NCBI RefSeq assembly: GCF_963921235.1
Contig: NC_086109.1
Span: forward strand, 13,828,001 to 13,892,000
Origin: Mobula hypostoma
Lineage: Eukaryota
DNA: 64,000 nt
Reading direction: 5' to 3'
Below are positions 1-11,627 of this stretch, piece by piece. Position 1 is the first letter of the stretch, and every line of letters starts with the position of its first letter. The notes beneath the pieces were generated by a model that made no database searches, was not told the DNA's origin, and saw only the letters and a list, made by a program, of their open reading frames with translations. The position numbers were made by a program, and so were the translations under genes.

Positions 1-104
1 CCGGCACGGATGGAAAGCGTACTCAGGAGCGGACCCGACTGGTTTCGAACCCGGGAACCTCCGCTCCTGGGTCCGGCGCCGATGTCATTGTGCCACCAGC
101 CGGC
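1..104 (-). mobile_element. tRNA-derived SINE head (truncated by window edge)
   Basis: Minus strand reads GCCGGCTGGTGGCACAATGAC...GGGTTCGAAACC (Pol III A- and B-box-like), then continues into a non-tRNA body. Confidence 0.6.
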
Positions 105-285
105 TCTCCCCCTACCTTCTTACTCTGACTTCTCCCCTTCTTTTCCAGTCCTGGAGAAGAGCATCGGCCTGAAACGTCAATTGTTTACTCTTTTCCATAG
201 GTACTCCCTGGCCTGCTGAGTTCCTCCAGCATTTTGCACGTGTTGGTCTGGATTTCCGGCATCTACAGATTCTCTTGTGTTTGTG
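105..285 (+). mobile_element. Penelope-like element 3' end with degenerate hammerhead motif
   Basis: Same terminal sequence as 9240-9377 (cctgctgagttcctccagcatttt...gcatct.cagatt); cagtc-ctggaga...gaaacgtc motif at 146-183. Confidence 0.75.
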
Positions 286-305
286 AGGTAAAATTTCCGG
301 CTTAC

Positions 306-420
306 CCAGATGACTCGCGTGTCTCTCGGTGTACAGCCATGACACAGCAATAAGCAGGACGTTCAGTTGTACCAAAGTTACTGCCCTCTGCAGGGATCAC
401 TTCACTTCTTTGCTCTCGGT
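306..420 (-). other. candidate exon of an unidentified minus-strand transcript
   Basis: Non-repetitive; acceptor ctttcttgttctcctAG, donor TGG|GTAAG; one open frame (REQRSEVIPAEGSNFGTTERPAYCCVMAVHRETRESS); YY1-like GCCATTTT just upstream, so it could instead be part of a first exon. Confidence 0.35.
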
Positions 421-976
421 CTAGGAGAACAAGAAAGCAGCTCCCCAACTGCTCTCTCAATAGCCAAAAATGGCCGCGCCCCATGAACAAATCGAGGCAC
501 TATAATTGACTAGAACAACATCACAATTCCTATTCTTGGGGCAAAATATAAAATCACATGATGTAACTAGTCATGTAAAATAAACCTTCTTACCTCCCCC
601 CCGCCCCCCTCCCCCTTCAAATATCACAGTCCCCATCTCTAATCTCCTGCTGTGCTGGCATTTGTGCACTCACTTCCTATAGTCATACATTAAAGAAATA
701 TGCAGACTGTTGAAGTTTCTTATCATCATCTCTGCATGTTTGCTAAATTTGGTTACAGCTATAACACAATCCATCTGTTCTGTTATCTCTCTGTTCATCC
801 TCAATTTCATACTTGAAAACATCTTTTGACTGCGCTTTTGAAAGCCCTAAGCGAATTAAAATTATTTTAATGTACATTCTGAAGTTGAACCTGTCAGACA
901 GGTACCCCTATCTTTCTCTCTCTCTCCTTTTCCCTCCAGCTCCCCTCTCTAACTTGCTTTCTCTACCTCTTGAGGG

Positions 977-1375
977 CCAAAGTTTAAAGTAAATTTATTA
1001 TCAAAGGACGGATGTTACCATTTACTACCTTGAGATTCTTTTTTTTTTCCTGGGCACTTACAGGGAAAAATACAACAGAATTTACAGAAAACTATCCATA
1101 AACAAAGATTTACAAACACCAATGTACAAAAGAAGACAAGCTGTGAAAATAAGTAATAATACCAAGATCACGAGATGTAAAGAGTCCTTGAAAATGAGTC
1201 TGCAGGTCGTAGAATCAGTTCAGAGTAATGGTGATTGAAATTATCCACTCAGGTTCTGGAGCCTGATGATTGAAGGATAATAATTGTTCCTGAACCTGGT
1301 GATGTGGAATCTAAGGCTTCTGTACTTCCTAACTGATGGCGGTAACGAGGAGAGGGCATAGCCTAGATGGCGGCC
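977..1375 (-). mobile_element. Rex1/Babar-like LINE 3' end remnant (family recurs at about 6265-7020, 39270-39940, 40905-41225, 46455-46965, 47375-48520)
   Basis: Recurrent block caaagtaaatttattatcaaag...ttgagattc...ctgttcctgaacctgg...aggcttctgtac...agagggcat shared among copies and similar to the 3' part of the Rex1-type fragments. Confidence 0.55.
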
Positions 1376-3564
1376 TGGATGGCTCTCTCTTTCCTTCTCA
1401 CTCCCTCTTTCCTCTCAGCTTCTCTATCTCATCTCTTCTTCCCTTTGCAACTCCCCAACCCCCGCCCCGCCCCGTAAGAAGTTTGTGCATTCTCCTCGTG
1501 ACCGTGCAAATCTCTTCCTGGTGCTCTGGTTTCCTCCCACATTCCAAGATGTACAGGTTAGTAGGTTAATTGGTCACATGGGTCATTGTATCTCAAAATA
1601 AATAAATAAATAAAGTCCGACTAACCTGACTAGGCCGTTTTCAGCTGATATGGCCGAGAAGCCTCTTTCTACTTTACAAATTCCAATGATGTGATAGAAT
1701 TGTGTATTGAATCAGCTGATAGTAAATGGTGTATCATGGCTTATACTTCCTGTCTTCAGAACCTAAGTTCATAAACCTTCTGGGCTACTTCAGAATCAGA
1801 ATTAGAATCAGAATCATTGGCCTATGTCGTGAAATTTGTAAACTTGTTAAATATTTTGCATTAGAATCTCAGTAAATCTATGCTGCAGTGGGTACAGGTT
1901 AATAATGACCTATAGTCACCATAGATTAATTTGTAAATTGGTTTATTGCCAACGTTTGTGACAGCTTCCAGATAGTCAAAAAGCTAAGAAATCTGACCAA
2001 AAAAATCACTAAAAATACTTTTTCTGAGGTAAATTGTGTTAAATTACCACCACAAACAGTGAAGAGGCAAGTGATGGCAAGCCAAGTTCAGGGGATGAGT
2101 CGATGCATATGGAGTTCTGATGGCCGTACAACTGGCCCCAGTGCGAGGTTGGGTTGCTCTGGGTGCCAAGCTGGCTTGAAGAGCTTGAGAGCATCTTCAG
2201 GCTGGGTGACGAAGTCTGGGCCCAGAGCAGGTGCTGGAGAGTGTAGTCTTGGCCCAGAGCCTTTCTCAGCAGCGGTGCCTGGGTCCTAGTGTGAGGTACA
2301 GTGCGCTCTAGACAACTTAAACACTGGTCCAAATCGGAGGCAAAAGCCATTTTTGGTCACTCTCTACAATCTTCATTCCTTTTTTCCAGGGGGCAGAGCC
2401 TTTGGGTGTTCTGTCATTAGGTCAATTTAAACGCTGGCCCGGATAGACTGAGAGAAACAGGTGTCAGTCAGAACGAGAGCAGATTTCACCCGTTTTCTGT
2501 AATGGTCATCTCCATGGTGCTGAGGCTATGAAGACTGCCTCGGCTGCTGTGTCCCCTACCCGCTAATATGATGAACTGATAAGCAAGGCTTTGGGCCTGC
2601 TCTGGGCTACTCCAGAGTTCAGATCTGAGGACTCAGTTTTGGTTTGGAACACTGTTGTTCACTTCAATTGTTTGCATGACTTGTATTTTTCTTTCTTTCT
2701 CTTACACATCAGGTGTTGGCCTTTTATTTTTTTTTCAATAGATTGGGTTTCTTGCTTTGTGGCTACCTGTGAGCAAGCGAATCTCAAGATTGTATAATTT
2801 ATACATTCTTTGATAATAAATGTAATTGTAAGGAAATACTTGAAATATGAGGTACAGTGAGAAACGTTGTTTTACATGCCATCCACATAGCTCATTTCAT
2901 CATATTTGTACTTTGTAGCTTATATCATTTCAAGCCCTTGCATTGTACTGCTGCTGCAAAGCAAGTTTCACATCATGAACGTCAGTAATAATAAATCTGA
3001 TTCTGATTGAGGCAGCAATAACAGAATGCAGAATAAAATGATACAGTCACAGAGAATGTGCAATGCAGGTGGACAGGAAGTTGCAAGGCCATGTTGAGGC
3101 AGGTTGTCATATCAGGCATCCTTCTTATTGTACAAGAGGACTGTTCAATAGTTCTGGGGCAGAAGCTGTCCATGAGCCTAGCGATAACCTGCTTTCAGAC
3201 TTCTGTATGTTATTGAGTTTCGATGTGGAATGGGCCCTTCCAGCCCTTCAAGCCACGCTGACCAGCAATCCCGTGATTTAATCACAGCCTAATCACGGGA
3301 CAATTTACAATGATCACTTAAGCCACCAACCGGTATGCCTTCATACTGTGGGAGGAAACTGGAGCACCCGGAGGAAACCTATGTGGTCACGGGAAGAACA
3401 TACAAACTTCTTACAGGCAGCGGCAGAAATTGCACCCAGGTCGCTGATATTTTTGTGTGTGTTGCTCAGTTACAATAAACTGTTCTACTATCACAAACCC
3501 ATCTCTGCCTCTGCCTTTTGAGTTATTTACCACAACCTTTTGTATCAAGCCAAACAAAAGTCTA

Positions 3565-3740
3565 TTTACAATGACTAATTAACCTACCAACCGGTACATC
3601 TTTGGACTGTGGGAGGAAACCGGAACACCTGGAGGAAACCCATGTGGTAATGGGGAGAACATACAAACTCCTTACAGATAGCAAGGGAAATTGAACCCAG
3701 ATTACTGGTACTGTAAAGCATTGTGCTAGCCACTACACTA
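3565..3740 (-). mobile_element. HE1/V-SINE-like tRNA-derived SINE (other copies at about 1475-1612, 3225-3450, 11475-11610, 17620-17745, 18945-19147, 19430-19735, 21255-21545, 37235-37522)
   Basis: Conserved core tgtaaggagtttgtatgttctcccc...gggtttcctcc.ggtg.tccggtttcctcccacagtccaaaga with a tRNA-like head. Confidence 0.8.
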
Positions 3741-4526
3741 CATGCACTTGTGCAAATGGCAAAATACTTGAGTTTAATGTTGAGCAATATCTTTTAAATT
3801 CTCTTCCCAGTAGGTATTCATCCTCCTCCTCTTTAAATGTGTTTCACTATCCTGAATCAAGCATGTGTCTTCGATTATAACCGCTGCTAAGTCTTGTGAA
3901 TTCTTGACGGCTAATTGGATGCTTCATGTCCAGGTTAAGTGACTTGTTTTCTTGAGTCATATCTAAACCTTCCACTTCTTTAGAGAACTGCTTCACTTCT
4001 CATTTCCGTTTTTGCCTCTGACTAAATTAAGCATTGTTTTCACAACAAAGTCCCCGAAGATTTCAGCTTGTTTCCATCAACCCCTCTTTATCTTTCTGAA
4101 GCAGCAGCGTGTCTTTAGTATGATGGGGCGACTAAAACTACACACTGTTATCCTTCACACACAAAATACTGAGGAACTCAGCAAGTCAGGCAGCTAATAT
4201 GGAGGGAATAGACAGTTGACTTTCTGGGCCAAGACACTTAATCAGGCCTTATCAAGACCCTGTCCAATATTGGTATAACTTGTGATTTATACCCCAATGT
4301 TTAATATATTTCTAAACATTGTTTAACTTATTCTAAGTATCAGTGCTTCACAGGTGTTTTTGTTATGAATTACGCATCTTTCTCAAATTCTTTATTCAAA
4401 TATCATCCATTATTGACACATCTTTCAGTCTATCTACAACTGACATTAAAAATCAAAACTTTCCATCCATTCTTGTGAGGTGGCAACTACAGTTTTAGTT
4501 AAGTGTAAGATAATAAAACTATAAGA

Positions 4527-5003
4527 TACAGTACTATGCAAAAACTTCAGTTAAATAAAATAGCCAGGGTGCCTCAGACATTTGCAGAGTACTGTGGTAA
4601 TTTTATGTATTGCACTGTACTGCTACTGCAGAAAAAAACGTGACATATGTGAGTGATGATAAGCCTATTTCTGATATGGGTCTCTATTGTGGAAGGGGGC
4701 AGGGAGAGGGGAATCATGGCTGGGAATAGGGGAAGGGAGTGGGAAGCACCAGAGAGACATTCTGTAATAATTAATAAACCAGTTGTTTGGAATCAGGTGG
4801 CCTTGCCAGGTGTCTCAGGCTGGGTGTGTCTGCATCAGTGCCACCCTTCCCCCCCAGGCACTGCCACACTGCCACCTGCCCAACACCTTTCCCACAGCAC
4901 TCCACCCTTGCCATTCCAAATATCCTTTGCTCTCGCCAGGTTTACAAACTCGCCCTCCACTCCACGTTGACAAATACAGTACTGTGCAAAACTCTTAGGC
5001 ATC
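4527..5003 (+). mobile_element. composite Tc1/mariner-like MITE (copy 1 of 3)
   Basis: TA-cagtact.tgcaaaa termini; internal sequence shared with 19911-20443 and 59975-60444. Confidence 0.6.
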
Positions 5004-5780
5004 CTAGGAGCAGAATTTGGCCATTCAGCCCATAAAATTTGCCGCATCATTCCAACATGGCTGGTTTATGATCCCTCCCAACCTCATTCTGCTGCCTTCT
5101 CCCTGTAATCTTTGACACCCTTACTAATCAAGAACCTATCAACCCTGCTTTAAATATACTCAATGACGTGGCCTCTACAGCCTTCTGTGGCAAAGAATGC
5201 CACAGATTCACCACCCTCTGGTGAAGGAAATTCCTCCTTATCTCTGTTCTAAAAGGATGTCTTTGTCTTCTGAGGCTGCCCCCTCTGGTCCTAGACTCAC
5301 CCACTATAGGAAACATCCTTTCCTCGTCCACTGTACTGAGGCCTTTCAATATTCAATAGATCTCAATGGGATTACCCCATCATTCTTCTAAGCTCCAGCG
5401 AGCGCAGGCCCAGAACCATCTGTGGTGTATTTGATATTTCAATAATATTGTAAATATATTGTTTAGTTAAGCATTCTTTGTTGTTTAAATAATTCTTTAC
5501 AGGATAAATGTAAAATGTATTATGCCACCATGTCATAAGTGCACCCCTCGCTGAAAGTAAAATTTGCACGCATCTCTCAAGCTCCCTTGTTAGTTTTATG
5601 TTTTGGATTTTTAAAAAAATTGCACCATCAATCATATGTTAACTTTTTATTCTCAGGATTATTTTCGTGAATCTCCTTTAGTCCTTCTCCAATGCCAGCA
5701 CACACATTCTTAGATAAGGGGCCCAAAACTGCTTACAGTACTCCAAGTGCATCTGACAAATGCATTATAAAGCCTCAATT
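5004..5780 (-). mobile_element. CR1 LINE 3' end (interrupted)
   Basis: Minus ORF ESRTRGGSLR..FRTEIRRNF..RVVNLW.SLP matches the CR1 ORF2 C-terminus; CR1 3'UTR follows. Confidence 0.85.
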
Positions 5781-6370
5781 GTTTCAGTCCTGCTATTGGA
5801 ATCTAGACCTTCTACCTTATGCATCATCCAATCTATCAATGCAGGCCTGATTCTTGTCTAATGCAATGCAACTCAACTATAGAATTTCCATTCTAATCTG
5901 CTGATACAGCCTTATATCATCCTGTGCAGGCATCCTGTTTCATTCCCCCACTATCATGAACAATAAATCTCCAAGAAACACAGTATCTCAGGGAAGATAT
6001 TTTCCATGTACTGGACTACATATAGCTATTCCTGGACCTTTTCCGAAACATCTGGGCAACTTGATAAAATCCCTACCATTTTAAGATCTATGGACATCTT
6101 CCATGTATACAGTGCAGAATGTCCTAAGATGTCAATAAAGTAAATGATCATGTAATATTTTTGTCACATAGTACAGTTAAAGTCTAGCACCATACCGGAC
6201 AGAACAATTGAAGCCCTGGATATCAGCAATAACTTTAATGGTATTGGAGCATCCTTATCAGAATCAGATTTAATATCACGGGCATATATTGTGAACTTTA
6301 TTAACTCTGTGCCAACAATGCAATAGATGATAATACAGAGCAAAAGAAAACTGTGAATTACTATACATGT

Positions 6371-6682
6371 GGGCACGTGGCCAAATGGTTAAGGCATTGG
6401 ACTGGCGACCTGAAGGTTGTGAGTTCGAGCCCCAACCAAGGCAACGTGTTGTGTCCTTGAGCAAGGCACTTAATCACACATTGCTCTGCGACGACACTGG
6501 TGCCAAGCTGTATGGGTCCTAATGCCCTTCCCTTGGACAACATTGGTGTCGTGGAGAGGGGAGACTTGCAGCATGGGCAACTGCTGGTCTTCCATACAAC
6601 CTTGCCCAGGCCTGCGCCCTGGAGAGTGAAGACTTTCCAGGCGCAGATCCATGGTCACGGAAAGACTAATGGATGCCTTTTA
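6371..6682 (+). mobile_element. tRNA-derived SINE with RTE-like tail (family of 4 copies here)
   Basis: A-box TGGCCAAATGG, B-box GTTCGAGCC, body gtgtccttgagcaaggcacttaa; near-identical copies at 9883-10187, 32333-32627, 37614-37927. Confidence 0.85.
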
Positions 6683-6685
6683 TAT

Positions 6686-6706
6686 ATGTGTGTGTGCATG
6701 TGTGCG

Positions 6707-6761
<55 letters not shown>
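6686..6761. repeat. (TG)n microsatellite
   Basis: Direct observation. Confidence 0.95.
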
Positions 6762-6764
<3 letters not shown>

Positions 6765-7634
6765 GAAGAGTTAAATTAAACAAGTAGCGCAAAAAATAGG
6801 AAATAGTGAGGTAGTGTTCATGGGTTCAGTGTCCATTCAGAAATTGGATGGCAGAGGGGAAGAAGCCATTCCTGAATTGTTGTGTGTGTGCCTTCAGGCT
6901 TCCATACCTCCTTTGTGATGATAGCAACGAGAAGAGGGCACGTCCTGGGTGGTGGAGGCCATTAATGATGGGTGCCACCTTTCTGAAGCACCACTCCTTG
7001 AAGATGACCTGAATACTTTGTCATGGATGATGTTGTATGCTTGTAAGTCTTTCTAACATATAAAAGAGAATCAAGGAATTGTATTTATGTTATATAAGAA
7101 GATCAGAAGAATTACATCATGATGAATAAACTCTAATTATATATTAAATTATTATTGTGCTCAGTCATAATTGCTACTGAACAAAGTCTCAAGTGCAGGG
7201 GAATTAATCTTATGTGAATAGATTTTAATTCCCTGGGAATAATTATTTCAAAGTTCTGTTTATCAGAGTTATAGAAAAATACAGCACAGGAACAGGCCCC
7301 CTGGCCTATCTACTCCATGCCAAAACCACTGAAACTGCCTACTCCCATCAATCTGCACAGTGACCATAGGCCTCCATGCCCCTCCCATCTGTGTACCTCC
7401 CCAAACTTCGATTAAACATTGAAATTGAGCTTGCATTGTATCACTTGGGCTGGCAGTTTGCCCCACCCTCTCACGACCTTTTGACCCTCTTATTGAAATG
7501 TCCTTTTAAGGTTTTAATGCTGCCCTCTGTAAAATGTTTAAAATATTCAACAAAATGGGAAAATTTTGGTTTGTTATCTGTGAGATTTTCTCCAGCCCTT
7601 ACTACTGTAGTATAGCAATACTGCTCGATGGGCT

Positions 7635-7760
7635 TGATGACATCATGGTTGCCGGGCGTCACTAATCCCCCAAGGATGACCAACCGCAAATGACATGGGC
7701 AAGGGGGAAGTACGTGTCACAAAGGTCAAAGGCAAACCCCGCCCCTTCACCACTGAGTCA
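7635..7760. promoter_or_regulatory. putative enhancer/promoter motif cluster
   Basis: ATGACATCAT (CRE/ATF-like), GTTGCC.GGC (RFX-like), TACGTG (HRE), AGGTCAaAGGCAA (DR1), CCCCGCCCC (Sp/KLF) and TGAGTCA (AP-1) within 125 bp of unique DNA. Confidence 0.4.
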
Positions 7761-8177
7761 ACGATCCAAATTAGTGTAAAGCTTTCAGATCCCTATGGCA
7801 TGTTTAGTATTGTCACAAGGTAGAGTGAAAAACTTTGTTCTGCACGCCATCTATACAGATCATTTCATCACATCATAGTCATAGTCATACTTTATTGATC
7901 CCGGGGGAAATTGGTTAATACACAGCAACGGAAAAAGATTACAGTACATCGAGATAGTATGAGAAGAAAAGATTAAGAGAATGCAGAATAAACTGTTGTA
8001 GCTGCAGAGAGAGTGCAGTGCAGGCAGACAACATGGGCCATGACAATTGTGAAGTCGAGAGTTCTTCTTTAATGTACCAAGTGGTCCGTTGGATCTGAAG
8101 ATGTTATGATCCAGATAACACACATCAAAGTTGCTGGTGAACGCAGCAGGCCAGGCAGCATCTCTAGGAAGAGGTAC

Positions 8178-8213
8178 AGTCGACGTTTCAGGCCGAGACC
8201 CTTCGTCAGGACT
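8178..8213 (-). ncRNA. minimal hammerhead ribozyme motif (intact core)
   Basis: AGUC-CUGACGA-AGG(GUCUCGG)CCU-GAAAC-GUC^-GACU: stem I, conserved core, stem II and palindromic ACGU stem III. Confidence 0.75.
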
Positions 8214-9245
8214 AACTGAAGGAAGAGTTAATAAGAGATTTGAAAGTGGGAGGAGGAGGGGAGATCCAAAATGATAGGAGAAGACAGGAGGGGGAGGGAT
8301 GGAGCCAAGAGCTGGACTGGTGATTGGCAAAGGGGATATGAGAGGATCATGGGACAGGAGGCCCGTGGAGAAAGACAAGGGGGGGGGAACCCAGAGGATG
8401 TGCAAGGGGTATAATGAGAGGGACAGAGGGAGAAAAAGGAGAGCGAGAGAAAGAATGTGTGTTTAAAAATAAATAACAGATGGGGTACGAGGGGGAGGTG
8501 GGGCATTAGCAGAAGTTAGAGAAGTCAATGTTCATGCCATCAGGTTGGAGGCTACCCAGACGGAATATAAGGTGTTGTTCCTCCAACCTGAGTGTGGCTT
8601 CATCCTTCCAGACAGCCCTTCCAGGTGAGGCAACACTTCACTTGTGAGTCGGCTGGGGTGATATACTGCGACCGGTGCTCCCGATGTGGCCTTCTATATA
8701 TTGGCGAGACCTGACGCAGACTGGGAGACCGCTTTGCTGAACACGTACGCTCTGTCCGCCAGAGAAAGCAGGATCTCCCAGTGGCCACACATTTTAATTC
8801 CACATCCCATTCCCATTCTGACATGTCTATCCACGGCCTCCTCTACTGTAAAGATGAAGCCACACTCAGGTTGGAGGAACAACACCTTATATTCCGTTTG
8901 GGTAGCCTCCAACCTGATGGCATGAACATTGACTTCTCTAACTTCCGCTAATGCCCCACCTCCCCCTCGTACCCCATCTGTTACTTATTTTTATACACAC
9001 ATTCTTTCTCTCGCTCTCCTTTTTCTCCCTCTGTCCCTCTCATTATACCCCTTGCCCATCCTCTGGGTTCCCCCCCCCCTTGTCTTTCTCCCTGGGCCTC
9101 CTGTCCCATGATCTTCTCGTATCCCTTTCGCCAATCACCTGTCCAGCTCTTGGCTCCATCCCTCCCCCTCCTATCTTCTCCTATCATTTTGGATCTCCCC
9201 CTCCCCCTCCCACTTTCAAACCTCTTACTCACTCTTCCTTCAGTT

Positions 9246-9281
9246 AGTCCTGACGAAGGGTCACGGCCAGAAACGTCGACT
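9246..9281 (+). ncRNA. minimal hammerhead ribozyme motif (intact core, weakened stem II)
   Basis: AGUC-CUGACGA-AGGGUCACGGCCA-GAAAC-GUC^-GACU. Confidence 0.65.
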
Positions 9282-9882
9282 GTACCTCTTCCTAGAGATG
9301 CTGCCTGGCCTGCTGCGTTCACCAGCAACTTTGATGTGTGTTGCTTGAAATTCCAGCATCTGCAGAATTCCTGTTGTTTATGATCCAGATGTTCTTCAGA
9401 AGTCAGGAATGGGACAAAAAATCTGATAACTACCATTGTTTTACTAGGTACTATAAGAAGAAAGAAGAACAACGAATCAAGAAACCATGCTCCTCTTGCT
9501 CAATCTATAGAGGTAACAGTTAGATACATATAGATTAGATTAGATCAGGGCCAAGCATGATGTTGTGCCCCAACTGTCTACTTGATATGCAAGCTGGTAC
9601 GCCTTTGGGAGCATTTACTAGGTAGTGGGAGCTTATTCCCCACTATCACCGCCCTGGCTATAATAACCCTAAGGAACCCATACAATATGTGGGGCAAGAT
9701 GTTTCCCATGTCGCAGGCTCCCCCTTTCTGCGCAGTTGATGAATCCCAATGGCAGAGACCGGTACAGTTTGGCATCAAAGGTGTCACAGGAGTTGCTGGT
9801 CAGTGTTGAACTCAACATAGGACAATCATATAGGTGATTATTAAAAATTAAGTTAAAATATACAGTATGTAAATGTTATATA

Positions 9883-10187
9883 AAGGCATCTGTTAGTCTT
9901 GCAAGACCATGGACCTGTGCCTGGAAAGTCTTTACTCTCCAGGGCGCAGGCCTGGGCAAGGTTGTATGGAAGACCGTCAGTTGCCCATGCAGCAAGTCTC
10001 CCCTCTCCACGACACCGATGTTGTCCAAGGGAAGGGCAAGGGCAATACAGCTTAGCACCGGTGTCATCGCAGAGCACTGTGTGATTAAGTGCCTTGCTCA
10101 AGGACACAACGCGCTGCCTTGGCTGGGGCTCGAACTCACGACCTTCAGATTGCCAGTCGAATGACTTAACCACTTGGCCACGTGCCC
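9883..10187 (-). mobile_element. tRNA-derived SINE (same family as 6371-6682)
   Basis: Reverse-complement match; TSD aaatgttaYata at 9871-9882 / 10188-10199. Confidence 0.85.
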
Positions 10188-10246
10188 AAATGTTACATAG
10201 TTAGACACATATAGGTGATTATATAAAAATATAGGCAAGCATTGAT

Positions 10247-10455
10247 AAGAGAAAATCTGTAGATGCTGGAAATCCAAGCAACACACAAAATGCTGGAGGA
10301 ACTCAGCAGGTCAGGCAGTATCTATGGAGGAAAAAGTACATTTGACATTTCAGGCTAAGACCCTTTGACAGGACTTAGCCTGAAACATCCACTGTACTTT
10401 TTTCCCATGGATGTTGCCTGACCTGCTGAGTTCCTCCAGCACTTCGTGTGTGTGA
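10247..10455. mobile_element. miniature Penelope-derived fold-back insertion
   Basis: Two Penelope terminal fragments in inverted orientation meeting at the hammerhead region. Confidence 0.7.
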
Positions 10456-10514
10456 CAAACATAGTAAAGGTTACAGAATAAGAAAATAACAATTTTAAAC
10501 TAATCCAACAATTC

Positions 10515-10800
10515 AGCATGGTGGCATAATGGTTAGCGCAAAACTTTACAGTCTGGGTGACCTAGATTCAATTCCCGTTGCTGTGTGTGAGGAGTTTGTA
10601 CGTTCTCCCCATGACTGGGTGCATTTCCTCCAGGCGCTCCAGTTTCCCCCCATATTCCAAAACCGTACTGGTTGGTAGGCTAATCAGTCATTGCAAATTA
10701 TCCTATGATGAGGCGCGGACTTACTCGGGGGAGTGCTGGGAGGGTGGCTCAAAAGACCAAAAGATACAGCCTACTCCACGCTGCATCTCAACAAAATAAA
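10515..10800 (+). mobile_element. HE1/V-SINE-like SINE, near full length
   Basis: tRNA-like head (ggtggcataatggttagc...gattcaattccc), V-type core, tail gcatctcaacaaaataaa. Confidence 0.75.
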
Positions 10801-11627
10801 AGCCCTATCATTGCAAGGTAGAAGGACGTTTTCCTTTTGTACCTTCTGCCGGATGAAGGAAGGATAAAAGAGAATGTCTGTGACGGGAGAAGTCTTTGAT
10901 CATGTTGGCTGCTTTACTGTGCAAGAAGTGAGGATGGAATCCATGAAAGGGGAGGTTGATTTTCATGACGGGCTGAGCTGTGCCCACAATTTCTTGGGAT
11001 TGTAGGCAGAGCAGATAAACAGCATGGAAGCAAGCTCTCTAACCCAGACACCATGTACCTTTGCATGAATCCTATACTAACCCAGCTAGTTTTATTCTCT
11101 GTCAACTTCACCTTGATTCTAGCATTCATCTGAACGCTCCAGACAACTTGCAGTGGCCAATGAAATCAACTTTGGGATATGGTAAATTGGTAAACTCATC
11201 TACTAATGTCCCGTGTATTGAGGTACAATGAAAAACTTTGTTTTGTGCGCCATTCATATAGATCGTTTCATCCCATCAGTACCTTGATGTAAAGCAAGGG
11301 AAACCAATAACAGAACGCAGAATCCGATGGCTACAGTTACAGAGGATGTGCCTTGAAGGCAGACAATCAGCTGCAAGACCATGGCAAGGTAGACTGTGAG
11401 GTAAATGCTTCACCTTATTGTACTGGAGGTCTGTTCTTATAAGGGAAGGATAGAAGCTGTTTTTGAGTCTATTGAGGAAACTGGAGCAATGGGGGAACTA
11501 CACAGTCACAGGGAGAACATGCAAACTCCACATAGACAACTGGAGAGGTCAGGATTGAAGGTGCGCCACTGGGACAGTGAAGCAACAACTTTACCAGATG
11601 TGCCTACGGTGCCTCCAATTATACCAT

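Larger units (their letters stand above)
8117..9377 (+). mobile_element. Penelope-like retroelement, 5'-truncated with inverted terminal copy; GIY-YIG endonuclease remnant
   Basis: 13-bp TSD TTATGATCCAGAT (8104-8116 / 9378-9390); arm 8117-8604 is the reverse complement of 8853-9342; centre translates FTCESAGVIYC..C..CGLLYIGET*RRLGDRFAEH...LRLEEQHLIFRLGSLQPDGMN. Confidence 0.9.

Noticed and set aside
6371..6445. tRNA gene-like sequence (also at 10187, 32339, 37619 and 1-104)
   Set aside because: Continues into a shared SINE body with TSDs; these are SINE heads, not tRNA genes
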